A stretch of 64,000 nucleotides of DNA, taken from Octopus sinensis. Taxonomy: Eukaryota. The stretch lies in the NCBI RefSeq assembly GCF_006345805.1, contig NC_042999.1:72664001-72728000 (forward strand), in the 5' to 3' direction. Both the position numbers and the translations under genes were made by a program. Below are positions 39,746 to 53,235 of this stretch, one piece after another; position 1 is the first letter of the stretch, and the number at the start of each line of letters is the position of its first letter. Below the pieces are notes generated by a model. That model did no database searches and was not told the origin of the DNA. It saw nothing but the letters and a program-made list of their open reading frames with translations.

Positions 39746-40842
39746 ATGTGTGTGTGCGTGTGCGTCTGTGTGTGTGTGTGTACAGAAAGAGAGGGAAGAA
39801 CGGGAAGAAACTAAAAAGGAGTACATATATATAAGCCTTCCCTGCACAAATTCAAGCATGCGTACAAATATTATAAGGCGCCAGACTAAATACTTCTCCA
39901 GTGAACATATGTACCCGTCACAACCAATAATACCCATTGGCAGCTATCTTTTCGGCCTTCCCCTGTATATGGTTTTTGTCATTGAACTACGGCCATTCAG
40001 AAGCGTTGCCTACGAAGACCTCGAAAGGAAGACTGGTGAAGACGACTTGGACGTAAAGGGAGGTAACCAGATCATAAAGGAGCCTGATTCTGCCATTTCT
40101 CACAGAGGAAAGGGATTCTGCTTCGAAGCTGTGGTAGAAGACGCTTGCTCAAGGTGCCACGCAGCGAGATCGAACTTGAAAATACACAATGGTGGTGCCC
40201 CAGTATGGCCACAGCTCATAAGCTGAAACTAGAATCAATCAAGTCGAGCTTATTCACGACAAAACCATGTGTGTGTATGCCTGTGTGTATATCATGAATG
40301 TATGTATGTATGTACGTATGTATGTATGTACGTATGTATGTATGTATGTATGTATGTATGTATGTATGTATGTATGTATGTATGTATGCTTGTGCGTTTG
40401 TGTATGTATACTTGCAGGTATGTATGCATCAATGTGTATGCGTGCATTTTATATACATATATGTGTGTGTGCATGTATAAGTAGCTTACCTTTCAACGAT
40501 TTGGTTGACGAATTATACATGGACTCTTTCTTTTGCTCGTCAGTAAAACGATATTGCACGAACTTGGATTGAATTTTTCCATTTTCGCTGGACATTGACA
40601 CCATTTGCTGCTTTTCGTTTTCTTTTGGCTTGTTTTCCCGATCGATTTTTTAGAATGTTGTAATCGTTATTTCCTAATGTTTCTTCTTAGTCCATAGTGC
40701 GCTTTACTCTCAGTTCAGATTGTGATCATTGTTTCAACAAAACAGGGATTTTGACAGTTGGTTATTTAGGTCATATACTAAATATATCATGCATACACAC
40801 ACACGTATATGTATATGTGTGTATGCGTGTGTATATACATGT

Positions 40843-40882
<40 letters not shown>

Positions 40883-41009
40883 TATATAATATATATATAT
40901 ATATAATCCAAAGGATAAGGTCGCTATGGCGGTATTTCTTAGGTACCCTAAATTATGATTTATATATATATATATAATATATATATATATATGTATATGT
41001 ATGTATATG

Positions 41010-41063
<54 letters not shown>

Positions 41064-42436
41064 ATATATATATATGCGTGCGTGTGTCTATGAATACAAA
41101 CACACATGCGCACACACGTATTCATATGTGTGTGTAATGTATATGTGCGTATATGTGTTTGTTTGCTTTATGGGCGTGTACGTACATACATGAGTGTATA
41201 TGTTCCTGCGGGCAACCGTGTATCCGTGCACATGTACGCGCGCGTGTGTGTGTGTGTGCGCGTGTGTGTGTGTGTGCCTGTGTGTGTGTGTGTGTGGTGT
41301 GTGTGTGTGTGTGTGTGTGGTGTGTGTGTGTGTGTGCGTATGTGTGTGTGCGTGTGCGTCTGTGTGTGTGTGTGTACAGAAAGAGAGGGAAGAACGGGAA
41401 GAAACTAAAAAGGAGTACATATATATAAGCCTTCCCTGCACAAATTCAAGCATGCGTACAAATATTATAAGGCGCCAGACTAAATACTTCTCCAGTGAAC
41501 ATATGTACCCGTCACAACCAATAATACCCATTGGCAGCTATCTTTTCGGCCTTCCCCTGTATATGGTTTTTGTCATTGAACTACGGCCATTCAGAAGCGT
41601 TGCCTACGAAGACCTCGAAAGGAAGACTGGTGAAGACGACTTGGACGTAAAGGGAGGTAACCAGATCATAAAGGAGCCTGATTCTGCCATTTCTCACAGA
41701 GGAAAGGGATTCTGCTTCGAAGCTGTGGTAGAAGATACTTGCTCAAGGTGCCACGCAGCGAGATCGAACTTGAAAATACACAATGGCGGTGCCCCAGCAT
41801 GGCCACAGCTCATAAGCTGAAACTAGAATCAATCAAGTCGAGCTTATTCACGACAAAACCATGTGTGTGTATGCCTGTGTGTATATCATGAATGTATGTA
41901 TGTATGTACGTATGTATGTATGTACGTATGTATGTATGTATGTATGTATGTATGTATGTATGTATGTATGTATGTATGTATGCTTGTGCGTTTGTGTATG
42001 TATACTTGCAGGTATGTATGCATCAATGTGTATGCGTGCATTTTATATACATATATGTGTGTGTGCATGTATAAGTAGCTTACCTTTCAACGATTTGGTT
42101 GACGAATTATACATGGACTCTTTCTTTTGCTCGTCAGTAAAACGATATTGCACGAACTTGGATTGAATTTTTCCATTTTCGCTGGACATTGACACCATTT
42201 GCTGCTTTTCGTTTTCTTTTGGCTTGTTTTCCCGATCGATTTTTTAGAATGTTGTAATCGTTATTTCCTAATGTTTCTTCTTAGTCCATAGTGCGCTTTA
42301 CTCTCAGTTCAGATTGTGATCATGTTTCAACAAAACAGGGATTTTGACAGTTGGTTATTTAGGTCATATACTAAATATATCATGCATACACACACACGTA
42401 TATGTTATATGTGTGTATGCGTGTGTATATACATGT

Positions 42437-42502
<66 letters not shown>

Positions 42503-42554
42503 ATCCAAAGGATAAGGTCGCTATGGCGGTATTTCTTAGGTACCCTAAATTATG

Positions 42555-42596
<42 letters not shown>

Positions 42597-42625
42597 GTAT
42601 GTATATGTATGTGTATATATATATA

Positions 42626-42686
<61 letters not shown>

Positions 42687-42940
42687 TGCGTGTGTCTATG
42701 AATACAAACACACATGCGCACACACGTATTCATATGTGTGTGTAATGTATATGTGCGTATATGTGTTTGTTTGCTTTATGGGCGTGTACGTACATACATG
42801 AGTGTATATGTTCCTGCGGGCAACCGTGTATCCGTGCACATGTACGCGCGCGTGTGTGTGTGTGTGCGCGTGTGTGTGTGTGTGCCTGTGTGTGTGTGTG
42901 TGTGGTGTGTGTGTGTGTGTGCGTGTGTGTGTGTGTGTGT
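39700..42940. repeat. ~1.6-kb tandem duplication (period 1594 bp at unique anchors)
   Basis: TACAGAAAGA at 39781/41375 and AAAACCATG at 40261/41855; includes SINE B fragments and microsatellites. Confidence 0.9.
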
Positions 42941-43779
42941 GTTTCACAGTGCATGCCCATATGTTTTGGTGTCTCTCTCTATTCCCTTGTGTTTCTTTGG
43001 GAACCTATTGCTTCTCCAAACAAATGTGTGTGTACGAACCGGCTTTTTAGTATGTTGTGTGAAAGTATGTAGGTATATATGTATAAAAATATGTGTTTAT
43101 ATACAGCTGAGAGACTAAGACAGAAAAAAAAGAGAAAGGGAAGGTGGATCAAGAGAAAAAGAGAGGCGGGAGAATGAGGGTGTGTGAATTTGTTTTGTAA
43201 AATATGTGGCGATAAGCAAAAACAAAAAAAAAATGTCCCACAAGCCAGACTGCTTAATACTAAGGGAGGAGGCAGAGTTTCGGTGTTGTTGTCACTCATT
43301 ACCTCTTACTCTCACCCCCATTCATTCATTCCTTCTCTCGTTTACATTCAACTTCTCTGTCTGTCTGCCTATCTTGTTCTGTATCTCTTGTTTTCTCTGA
43401 AAATAGCAGAAAGAAGAGAGGGAGGAAAAAACATGACACACCGCTGTTTTAGCATTGTTTTATGGCACCAAAGAACATACGTAGGCTGTTTCAATTACAA
43501 GTGGTATTAAAAACTATAACTCTTGGTGGCGACTGTAGCGGTGGTAGCGGCGGCTTCAGTGGTAGTAGTGGTGGTAGTAGTGATGATGGTCCAGGCGAAG
43601 TGTGTCAGAATATTTTGGAAATAATTTTATTTTATGAAACTGAAATACGATAAAATGTAAATAGTAAAATATAGAAAAGAGGAAAATAATTATAAAACAC
43701 ATCGCAGAAGAACAGAATGGGTTAAGCGGAGCAAGTGGACACACGTGGACGAAAAGGGTCGCTGAAGAGGTGATAAATT

Positions 43780-43865
<86 letters not shown>

Positions 43866-43866
43866 T

Positions 43867-43902
<36 letters not shown>

Positions 43903-44339
43903 GAAGTAACAGATTCAGAAAGTAAGAAACAAACAGAAGATCAAAAGAAATTGGAGCAACAAGGCCTTTTTAATTGGTTCACCAACGTCGAGATTTACCA
44001 TAATGTTTGCATAGATTGATGTCAAGCAAACGGGCATTACAGTTGTCATAGGACTGCACATCCCTTTATTAGAATAACGGCCTTTATATAGCACATCACT
44101 CCAGATTTCTTCATTCTCAAACAGTCTCAACAAGGTTAACGACCTGCAATTCTCCATAGTCGAATAAATTTCAGTTGGGGTTAAGAATTTTTCTTTGCTG
44201 TCACGTGGTTTTTGAGTGCAAGCCTATGACGAGGAAGCAACTTGGGCAAGAGCCTTTTAATATGTGCTGTCACGAGTTGGCTCGTAAGTGAATTTGGTAC
44301 ACGGGAGCCGAACAGGGGTACACATGCATATACATCTAT

Positions 44340-44516
44340 ATTTTTCTCTTTTTTTTTCTCTCTCGCCATCTGTTTTGTCTCCTCATTCTTTTCAGTAGAA
44401 GCGCGTAGGCTCGAAACATCAAAGACTCTACCATTTTTGATGAGTGTCAAACTTATATAACTTGTTTGTTGTTCCCGAACCTGTCTTTGTCTGTTTTTTG
44501 TACAATTTTGGACCAT
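44340..44516 (+). mobile_element. Diverged copy of the same family; motif at 44390-44423
   Basis: TTT-CAGTAGA-A-GCGC GTAG GCTC-GAAACATC-AAAG, with the conserved downstream TTGTTTGTTGTT...CCTGTCTT...TC. Confidence 0.5.
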
Positions 44517-44592
44517 ATATATATGCATACATACACACTCACGCGCTGCGCGCGCGCGCAGACACACACGCACATACATATAATACATCTGA

Positions 44593-44920
44593 GACCCCCT
44601 TCGGTCACGACACAGACCATGGGATTGCACCTAGAAAGTTACCCTCCCAGGCACAAGTCTGGGCAAGGCTGTTTACGGAAGACCAGCAGTCGCCCATGCA
44701 TACCAGCCTTCCCTCTCCCCGCCACCAGTGTTATCCAAGGGAAAGGCAACGGCCGATACAGCTTGGCACCTGTGACGTCGCAATTCATTTCTACAGCAAC
44801 TGGAGCAATGTGAAATAAAGTGTCTTGCTCAAGAACACAACACTCAGCCCGTTCCGGGATTCGAGCTCACAACCTTACGAGCTTAAGCTCGACTCTCTAA
44901 CCACTGGGCCATGCGCCTTC
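44593..44920 (-). mobile_element. SINE family C, tail 3
   Basis: Homologous to 55758-56091. Confidence 0.85.
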
Positions 44921-44960
44921 ACACATAATACATACATACATACATACATACATACATACA

Positions 44961-44986
<26 letters not shown>

Positions 44987-44991
<5 letters not shown>

Positions 44992-46541
44992 CCATTAACC
45001 CTTTAGTGTTCTGATTATTCTATCAAACCTAATGCTTATTGATTCCCATTGATTTCAATTAATTATGCATTATCCCATATCTTCAAGATATTGATGGTGT
45101 AATTACTTAATGTAGAATAACATTGTAGGGTAGGTGTGAGAGCCTGGATCTGGTCAGTTTGAACATAAAACAGATTAGCTATTTTGGCTGGATATGGCCG
45201 GTTTAAATACTAAAAGGTTAATAATGCGGTTTTTTATACTTTTATTTTTCAAAATTAAGATAAAGTCCTTCTTTAATCTAAAATATAATCTCCATCATAT
45301 TCTACAATGCTCTTCCAGCTATCTAGCAGAATTGCAAGGACCCTCTTCCAAAATTCACTTGTACTGTTCTGACATCGTCTACAGAATTCATATTTTTTCC
45401 GTCCAAATCATTTTGAAGAGTGCGGAATAAATGATAATCAGATGGGGCAATGTCCGGCGAATATGGTGGGAGGGGCATCGTTTCCCATTCAAACTGCTCC
45501 AGTCTTTGAAATGTCATCCTCGCTTTGTGTGGCCGAGCATTATCATGATGGAAGAACACCTTTCGTCTTGAAACCAAAGATGTTTGTTTTTCTTCTAGCG
45601 CGGATTTAAGCCGCTCAAGCTGCTCGCAGTAGATCTACTTTTCTATCGTTTGGTTTGGGTTTAAAAGTTCAAATTGTACTAAACTTTTAATATCCCACCA
45701 AACAGATAACACCTTACGTAGGTGAAGACCTTCTTTAGCCTGGGGTGCCGGTGTTTCTCCTTTCTTTGCACACTGTCTTCGGCGCTTGACATTTTTATAG
45801 AGAACCCATTTCTCGTCACCAGTCACTATTTGGTCCCTGGTTGATCAAGACTGTATTCCTGCATCCATCAGTAAAGAGGTTATGTGCCTCAGCCCAGCAG
45901 GTCCTATGTTGCTAAGAGCAATAATAGACGTGGAACCAATCATAACTTTCTGACCGACCATAACCAACGATTACAACAAAGAAGAGCAGACATTCACTCT
46001 CTGCGCCTGATTAGACTCGGAAAGTTTGTGAAAAACCCATTCACCTAAGCTGCTGACTTTTCCAATGGCACGCAGGTGTCGGTAAATGGTTTAATGACCA
46101 AATCCAAGCTCCTCTCCTAGTTCCCCAAAAGTTACGATGGGATTTTGTTCCACTGGGGTTTGCAGGACGTCCCTGTCGAGCTCTACAGATCTTCCAGGAC
46201 GAGGCTAATCTTCTAGTCTGTAGTTTCTGGCTCGGAATTTCTGGAACCACCGTTGACACTGGCTTACGCTTATTGTCTGATTCCTATATACTGCAATAAT
46301 ATTCCTCACACTTTCCGTTGCGTCGTTACCTTTAATGAAATCATAAAGCAAAATATACCGAATATGCTCCTTTGTCACTTCCATTATAGCTTTGAAAAAA
46401 TAACTGTTCAAATCTAACTGCACTCTTCAAAACTTGCACTAAGAATAAGGTTTTGTAGCAAGTTGATACAAATATTCTATCCCATCCCCGTCCGACTTTT
46501 AGTTCATGCAATTAAAAAAACTGCATTATTTATGGGATATG
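44987..46541 (-). mobile_element. mariner (DD34D) transposon fossil with two nested insertions
   Basis: TA-flanked TIRs CATATCC(C)A..AATAATGC; EHIRYILLYDF, QRWFQKF, IVTGDEKW, HDNARPH-YSPDIAPSDY (D-34-D). Confidence 0.9.
44999..45217. mobile_element. piggyBac-like MITE with TTAA target duplication, inserted in the mariner TIR
   Basis: TTAA|CCCTTTAGTGTT ... AATACTAAAAGG|TTAA; removing it restores the mariner TIR. Confidence 0.75.
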
Positions 46542-46544
46542 TAC

Positions 46545-46980
46545 GTCAGTCAGTCGTTCATAAATCCGAAATCCCACCATACTCTAAAGTTGTTTTTGAG
46601 CAGTAATAGTCGTTGGTTATGGTCGGTCAGAAAGTTATGATTGGTTTCACGTCTATTATTGCTCTTAGCAATATAGACGAATCATAGGACCTGCTGGGAG
46701 GAGGCACATAACCTCTTTACTGGTGGATGTAGGAATACAGTCTTGATCAACCAGGGTTGGGAAAAAGACGGTAAAACGAAATTCTTCGAAGCGAATTTAA
46801 GAAGGTTCCCTGGGTCAAGTGAATCTTTCAGAATCCTTGCCCTTTCGGCCAAGCAAAGTTTGCATTGTCTGCTCCCATTGAGGTATGGTCCAGGTTGTTC
46901 AGGAACTTCCATTTAATCCTGTATGGCGTTCTCTCTTCTCTTAAACGCCATATTGTTCTTAACCAAAGACGTATACAACC
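46545..46980 (-). mobile_element. Penelope-like GIY-YIG C-terminus and 3' region
   Basis: IWRLREERTPYRIKWK..GPYLNGSRQCKLCLAERARIL (PLE CxLCLxEK motif). Confidence 0.7.
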
Positions 46981-46999
46981 TGCAAAAAACAAATATATC

Positions 47000-48060
47000 T
47001 TAATAGAAATTGTGCAAGTGCTTGTGATTAGCAATCTTATAAAACTATTCTATGATTCTGCTTCCAGTTTCAATGTTTTAATGCGGGACCAGAATCGTTT
47101 ACATGCATGCACTAAATATTCCTTATTCATTTCGAAAATCACCTGGATAATGGCGGTATTGTAAGAAGGTCGATTAGTCATCCTTTCAACAACGTTCCAA
47201 ATGTATTAATCTATGAGATTTAACTTTAGTGGGCTTAGCTATCACAAGTTTGTTGTTACATGATCAAAAAGATAATCTGAGATCCATTCTTGGGTTACGT
47301 GGGCTTTGTGAGAAAGTGTTGAGACTTGTTGAAACACGTATGACTTTCTACTGCATATTTCATCTATCTAAGGCTTAACAATTGTCTCCAACATCACAAC
47401 ATATCCTGTAGTATTAATTTTATGACCTTGCGTAAAGATTTGAGGTGGCATGATAAGAGCTTTGTTACATACCATTCCTAAAACCATCACAGTTGCTGGA
47501 AACTTAGTGTGCATCACTCTGGGAACATCAGAATGATCTGCACATAGCTACCTATCATTTCTCTTTTTCGAAGTTTGGTCTTGGTCGAAATTTTTCTCGT
47601 AACCGACAGAGTGCCACATACTATATACCATGCCATGTTCGTAGGGAGGATGGGTGATTTTGTTAAGTAACAGCTTAGCATGGATCAAACGGTTTTCTTG
47701 CGTATTTAGCCTGTCAGTGCATTTAGCCTGTCAATAATTAATGTCCTCGTGCACCATAGTTCGGATAGTCCGCTTCGACACCTGAAGGTTTTTGGTGATG
47801 GCCTACATTGATTTTCTGGAAACATTATCGATAATGTTTTAACTCGTTGATTGAAACGTGGTGTCTTTATAATGTCCAAACGTTTTGGATTGTTTTTCTC
47901 TTTGGCACATTTCAAACATTCTTGCCAAGGGCTGCCATTTCTATCGGAACTTTGTGTACAAAAGATTCTGCAACATTTAGAAAGTTGGCAATTTCTAAAT
48001 CACTGTATTCGGTCTTTTTTCTTCTGTTAACATTTTTTCTGTCATGGGAGATCTGAAAGA
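47000..48060 (-). mobile_element. Second DD37D (maT-type) transposase fossil
   Basis: EKNFDQDQ, DVPRVMHTKFPATVMVLG, VFQQ..HKAHVTQEW, IWNVVERMTN; homologous to 21740-22790. Confidence 0.8.
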
Positions 48061-48140
48061 AATAAGTACTTTTTAATGGTTTGAAATGTCCTTGAATACC
48101 TCTCGCACCATATAAAAATAAGCATATATATATAATTGTG

Positions 48141-48192
<52 letters not shown>

Positions 48193-48248
48193 GTGTGTGT
48201 GCGTGTGTGCGTGTGTGTGTGTAGAGAGAGAGAGACTCTGTCTCCGCT

Positions 48249-48298
48249 CATCTGATGAGATAAAGGTGTCCTACGCACCCACGAAAGTTTAAGTCATG
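48249..48298 (+). ncRNA. Decayed hammerhead-like motif
   Basis: CAU-CUGAUGA-...GGUG(UCCUACG)CACC..-GAAAGUUUAAGUC|AUG; helix I intact; a single C>G change breaks a near-palindromic helix III. Confidence 0.35.
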
Positions 48299-48440
48299 TG
48301 GAGCTGAGTCAAACATTAAATGCATGTAATTTCAACTGAATGTCTTGAATGTTACTTTCATTCGTTTGTTCACTCACTCGTATATACAGATGTGTGTGTA
48401 TGTGTGCGTGTGTGTGTGTGTGTGTGGTGTGTGTGTGTGT

Positions 48441-48477
<37 letters not shown>

Positions 48478-48611
48478 TGTTTGATGACCGCTTCCTCGTT
48501 CTCGAGTATAGACCATCGCCTGAAGCAGTTCAGAATCGTTCTCATGTGAGTAGCACAGGTGTGACTTTTTCAGGCTGGCTAATGACCTACACTCTTTGCC
48601 ACAAATGTAGA

Positions 48612-48918
48612 AGGCGCGGGGCTTATTCACCTTACGATCGTAAGGTCGTGAGTTCGATTCGCGGCAGTTGCGTTGTGTCCTTGAGCAAAACACTTTATTT
48701 CACGCTGCTTCAGTCCACTCAGCTCGTAGAAATGAGCAGTACTTTTATTTCAAAAGGCCAACCTGGTCACATTCTGCATCACACTGAATCTTCCTGAGAA
48801 CTACATTAAGAGTACACATGTTAGTGGAATGTTCGGACATTTGCCCGTTAATTTCACGAATAGGTTGTTCCGTCGGTTGGACCAACTGGAACACTCGTAG
48901 TCATAACAGGTAGAGTGT
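48612..48918 (+). mobile_element. SINE family C, tail 2, diverged
   Basis: Homologous to 54016-54340. Confidence 0.8.
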
Positions 48919-50174
48919 CAGCTTGGCACAGATGTTACATACATGATTACCCCTAACATCAAGAGGAGCCGGTTGTTGGTCCTCGTGCACTTTCATGTGT
49001 TGTTTCACGCCCCCAACTGATAGGCAATCCTTACCGTATTCATGGCATATTGTTGTGTTGTGCAAAGAACAATCCAAGTCAACTCCCTGTACATGACTAC
49101 TTCTTGTGACTTTTCAGTCCCGCTTTGCTGAAGCAGACTCCTCACATTCATCGTATACCAGCTCAATCTGATCACCCACATTTCCCGGAAACATGACGTC
49201 CATACATACATACATACATACATACATACATGCATACATACATACATACATACATACATACATACATACATACATACATACATACATACATACATACATA
49301 CATACATACATACGCACGTATACACACACGAACACATATATCCTATCTCATGCAATCGAGTGAGTCACTTCGTAGTCACTACCCTCCAAGGAATAATAGC
49401 GGCATCTTGCTCAAATCATATACTATCGTCTTTAAAAAGCATTCAAAACGAAAAGGACATCCTATAAAAACAGAATCGTCATAACGGGAATGCTTTTTAA
49501 TAATAGGACTTATTGATCAGTCTTTACAACAACAGCAAAAACATATTCTGCCATTCCTCATCATTTTCAAAGCTAAATTATCGAGCGATTTCGCATTGTT
49601 TTTCCGAAGCTCATAAAAGAATTTGAACCCTGGTTAATGCCAAAAAATAGTATGCGGTTACAAACAAAATTGTTTGAAAATATGGGTAAAAAATAAGTTC
49701 GAAGCTCAGAGACAAGGCTATGATGGACTGGTTTCAGTTTCTGATGGAAACCAATTTATTTCAGTTACAAAAGTTAAGCATTTCACGGAGCCTTTTCCTC
49801 TATTCTCTTTTGACAATGACTAGAGACACATTGTATTATGTTGGAATGATTAAGTACAAATATACAAGTAGTAACAGTAAGTGGCTTGAAATTGTTCCAC
49901 TGAGGATAGAACCAGTAGCTTATGGCTCAGATAAAGGCAAGATGGCACAGTCGTTAGGAGTTTGGTTAGAATGTCTTGCAGTATTTGTTCCAATTTTCTG
50001 TTTCTCAGCTCAAATGCCAACAAATCAACTTTGTCTTTCGTCGTTTTGTGGTCAATAAAACTTAAAAACGTGCCAGTATACGTCAATGGATTGGTGGAAT
50101 TGTTATAGGCTCAGATGACAAGCAGTATCTTTTCCGGTATTTTGTGTTCTGACCGCAAGGCCTGTGATGACGCT

Positions 50175-50305
50175 ATGGCCAAGTTGTATCGACCCAACTC
50201 AGTGGCCTTTTCCTTGGATAAATATTCGTGGCGAGGAAAGGGGAAACTTGCATGCATAGACAACTGAGAGTTTTCCGAAAAAAAAAGTTGTGCCCAGCCC
50301 TGCAT
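50175..50305 (+). mobile_element. Diverged SINE C tail-3 fragment
   Basis: CCAAGTTGTATCGACC...GCCTTTTCCTTGGATAA...GCATGCAT. Confidence 0.5.
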
Positions 50306-51689
50306 GTACATGTGCAGATACGTGGACAACTTTAGCTGACGAAGGCTCTGAGTCAGAGCAGTGAGATAGCACACATTATCTTTTGGCAGATCTTCTGATA
50401 TTTGATGAAGAAAAAAAGGAAGTTATTCTCTAATCAGAGACTCGTTTAAATATTTGCACTAGAATAGACTCCGCTCAAAGATACTGAAATGATCAGGTGG
50501 TCATGTTAAACAGGGTGATGGGTTTAGTCCGACACCCATACTTACTATTATTCTAGGATATTCACATGCAGTAAAGATTTCTAATTTAGACTCAAGTCCA
50601 TATATGTTTGTGAAGGTCACAAGAGTCAATTGAATCGTGTTTGATTCCTATACTTGGCTAGTAAATATTTCTGAACCCTGTAAGAATAAGAATCAGAATT
50701 TAAAAGACAGTAACAAAGCACTGCAAGATATTTTATCTGCAACTAGATCAATTCTTCTCCTTTACTGATGTTTGGCCGAGACCCATGGTAAAAATGGGTG
50801 GGGAATCATTATCGGATTTTAATGATGTTGAAGTTGACTGAAATAGCAGAATACTGAAACGGATGATTTTATTGCTTTTAGTTCAGTAGATAGTTGTCAT
50901 GTATTCAAATTCCGCTAAGAGTTGACGTTTTAATTTATCCTTATGAGAGTGATAAAGCAACAGCACCAGTAAGTACTGAGGTATAAACAATTGCCTACAG
51001 TCTTCTATGATAAGCGGTTATATTTGTTGTTTATACTCAGGCCGTCGCTATATTCAAAGGCATTCCAACACTGACCGTCTCATCACATTTTTCGCTTTAA
51101 TTTATCCAAAACTACATTGTCCAATGCCCCTTCCTTTTCTTAAGACAGCACACTGTGATTTCAGAAGATATTTGATTACTATTTCTAGCAAGTCGAACGA
51201 CTACATTGTGATTTGGTCGAATTTTAGCTGCTATTTCCGATAGACCAAGAGACTAGATGGAATTTCTATTACTGACTTGAGCAATAACATTTATTTCTAG
51301 AACGTCGAATAATGTATCGGCTTAATACTCTAAAAATATTCTAAATAGATACGCACAGACGTAGCTATCTCGTCAAGAAGTTCTATTCGCAACAACGTGG
51401 TTTCAGTTTCCATCAACATTGCGGAAATTTGGGCAAATGTTTTCAGCAGTAGTTTTGGGCCTTATAAGTGAAATTTGGGAGATAGAAACTGTGTAGAAAT
51501 ACATCCAGTATATATATATGTGTGGGTGGGAAGGAGTACTGGCACGTCAGTTTCGAAGAAATTCTTTTCATGTGGAATTGGTTGCAGCTGTCATGAGATA
51601 TTCGCTTTTCTCTTTTTTTCTCCCAAGGGAAAAGATAATTGCAATAAATCATTAATTGATCTTGTATGATATTTGATATACTCCATTCA

Positions 51690-53130
51690 TCCAACCATCT
51701 TCTCTGCCCATTGTTTCGGGGAAGGTCATGGGGGAGGAATCCTCAGGCACATTCTCCATAGGGTCCTATCAAGCAACCGTCCTTAGATTTTCAGGCTGGA
51801 TTCCCATCTCGTTCTTGGTTTACCCTTAGGTCTACTACCAGCTAGTTTAGCTTGAAGAATCTGCCATGCCATTCTTTCTTGTGATATTCTAATCACATAT
51901 CCATAGTATCGGAGCTGAAACCTTTCAATGCGAAGAAGTAGCGGCTCGAATTAGAGAGACTTCCTAATTTCTGACCTATGCCCCCTGACGAGTATCTTCG
52001 GAGGAACTCCATTTCGGTCTCTTGTATTTGCAGCCGTACTCTTTCGGTCATTACCCAACATTCATAACCTTAGTTGTGGATAGGTACGAAAACTGAAATG
52101 AAGGTAGCGAATTTGGCTTTTGTGAGATTAGTCTTCGGCCCTAGATGCACCACATGTCTACCGGAAGATTGTATTGTGATCGGATTTAGAAGATCAGCAA
52201 AGTATTCTCTCTCCCTCCCAAGGATGCTCTTTCCTGTGGAGAGAAGAATCGCAGCCAAGTTCTTAATTGCAAGTGTGGAAGAGGGCTTCTTGTTATGAAG
52301 TCAGTAAATGGTCTACCAGAATATTTTGTTGGCCAATCTAAAGTGAGGGTCCAGCTTGACCCCAAAATCCTCTGCCGCATCTTTTCGTGCCTCAGTGTAC
52401 CGCCTACGTACAAGGGGCGATTTGTATCCAAGCCAAGCTTGGATACAAGCCAAGTTTTGTAAACCCCCTTCTTTGCTTGGATGGCATGTTTTACTTCCTG
52501 ATTCAACCAAGTGGGGTTTTTCCACCTGGTGCCACATCGATCCACTTTCGTTCGCAGTATTTTACAGCCGAAGAAAAACAGACCGAACAAAACGATCTCC
52601 TCTCCATTTTGACATCCTCAGCTTGTTCAGGAAAGTCTCTAAATTTAAAAGCATTAATGTCTGCATTATTAATTTTGATTCCATCACCCGCCAGGACTTC
52701 CTGCTTTATCCTGACTTATCAATCTTGTGAATTCTCCTTCCTGTAGATAGTCTCAGGTTGCTGACAACTAGGCGGGGATCAGTTGATAGCTCTACTCATA
52801 TCTTTGCACGAATGTCCTGCACTGAATCAAAGAGATCAGAGGCCGATAACAAAATCTGCCAGTGACCTCTGACCGTAAGTATCCCTATACCAGGTATACT
52901 TATGGAAGAATGTGCTCTTAATGGAGAACCCATTTCCACATAGAAATCCAGTAGGGCTTCTCCATTTGCATTGAGTTCATGGTGAAACCATCTCACATGA
53001 TTTCTGAGGCATTGAATTGTAAAAGCCGTTCGAGCGACGAATAGATTGCCTCGTAGGATTTGTTGCGATTCTCTGCTCTCGGTGTTTAAATCCCCTGTGG
53101 CCAATTTTGTCTTTCATCCCATTAGGGTCA
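51690..53130 (-). mobile_element. RTE-clade LINE with endonuclease/linker fused directly to the C-terminus (RT domain deleted)
   Basis: ELNANGEALLDF, WLNQEVKHAIQAKK, REYFADLLNP, then immediately KAKF..VFVP, GYECWVMTERVR, EMEFLRR, RPKGKPRTRW. Confidence 0.75.
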
Positions 53131-53178
53131 ATTAAAATAAAGCAGAAGTCAAGCACAGGAGTATTTTTCATCTCTCTC

Positions 53179-53235
<57 letters not shown>

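Noticed and set aside
41194-41820. 208-aa ORF (and 175-aa twin at 39699-40226)
   Set aside because: Made of microsatellite plus SINE fragments inside the tandem duplication.
43915-44157. 80-aa minus-strand ORF with protein-like composition
   Set aside because: No recognisable motif or convincing splice sites; left unannotated.
50336-50370. CTGACGA followed by a strong GCTCTG/CAGAGC hairpin
   Set aside because: No properly placed GAAA, helix III or helix I.
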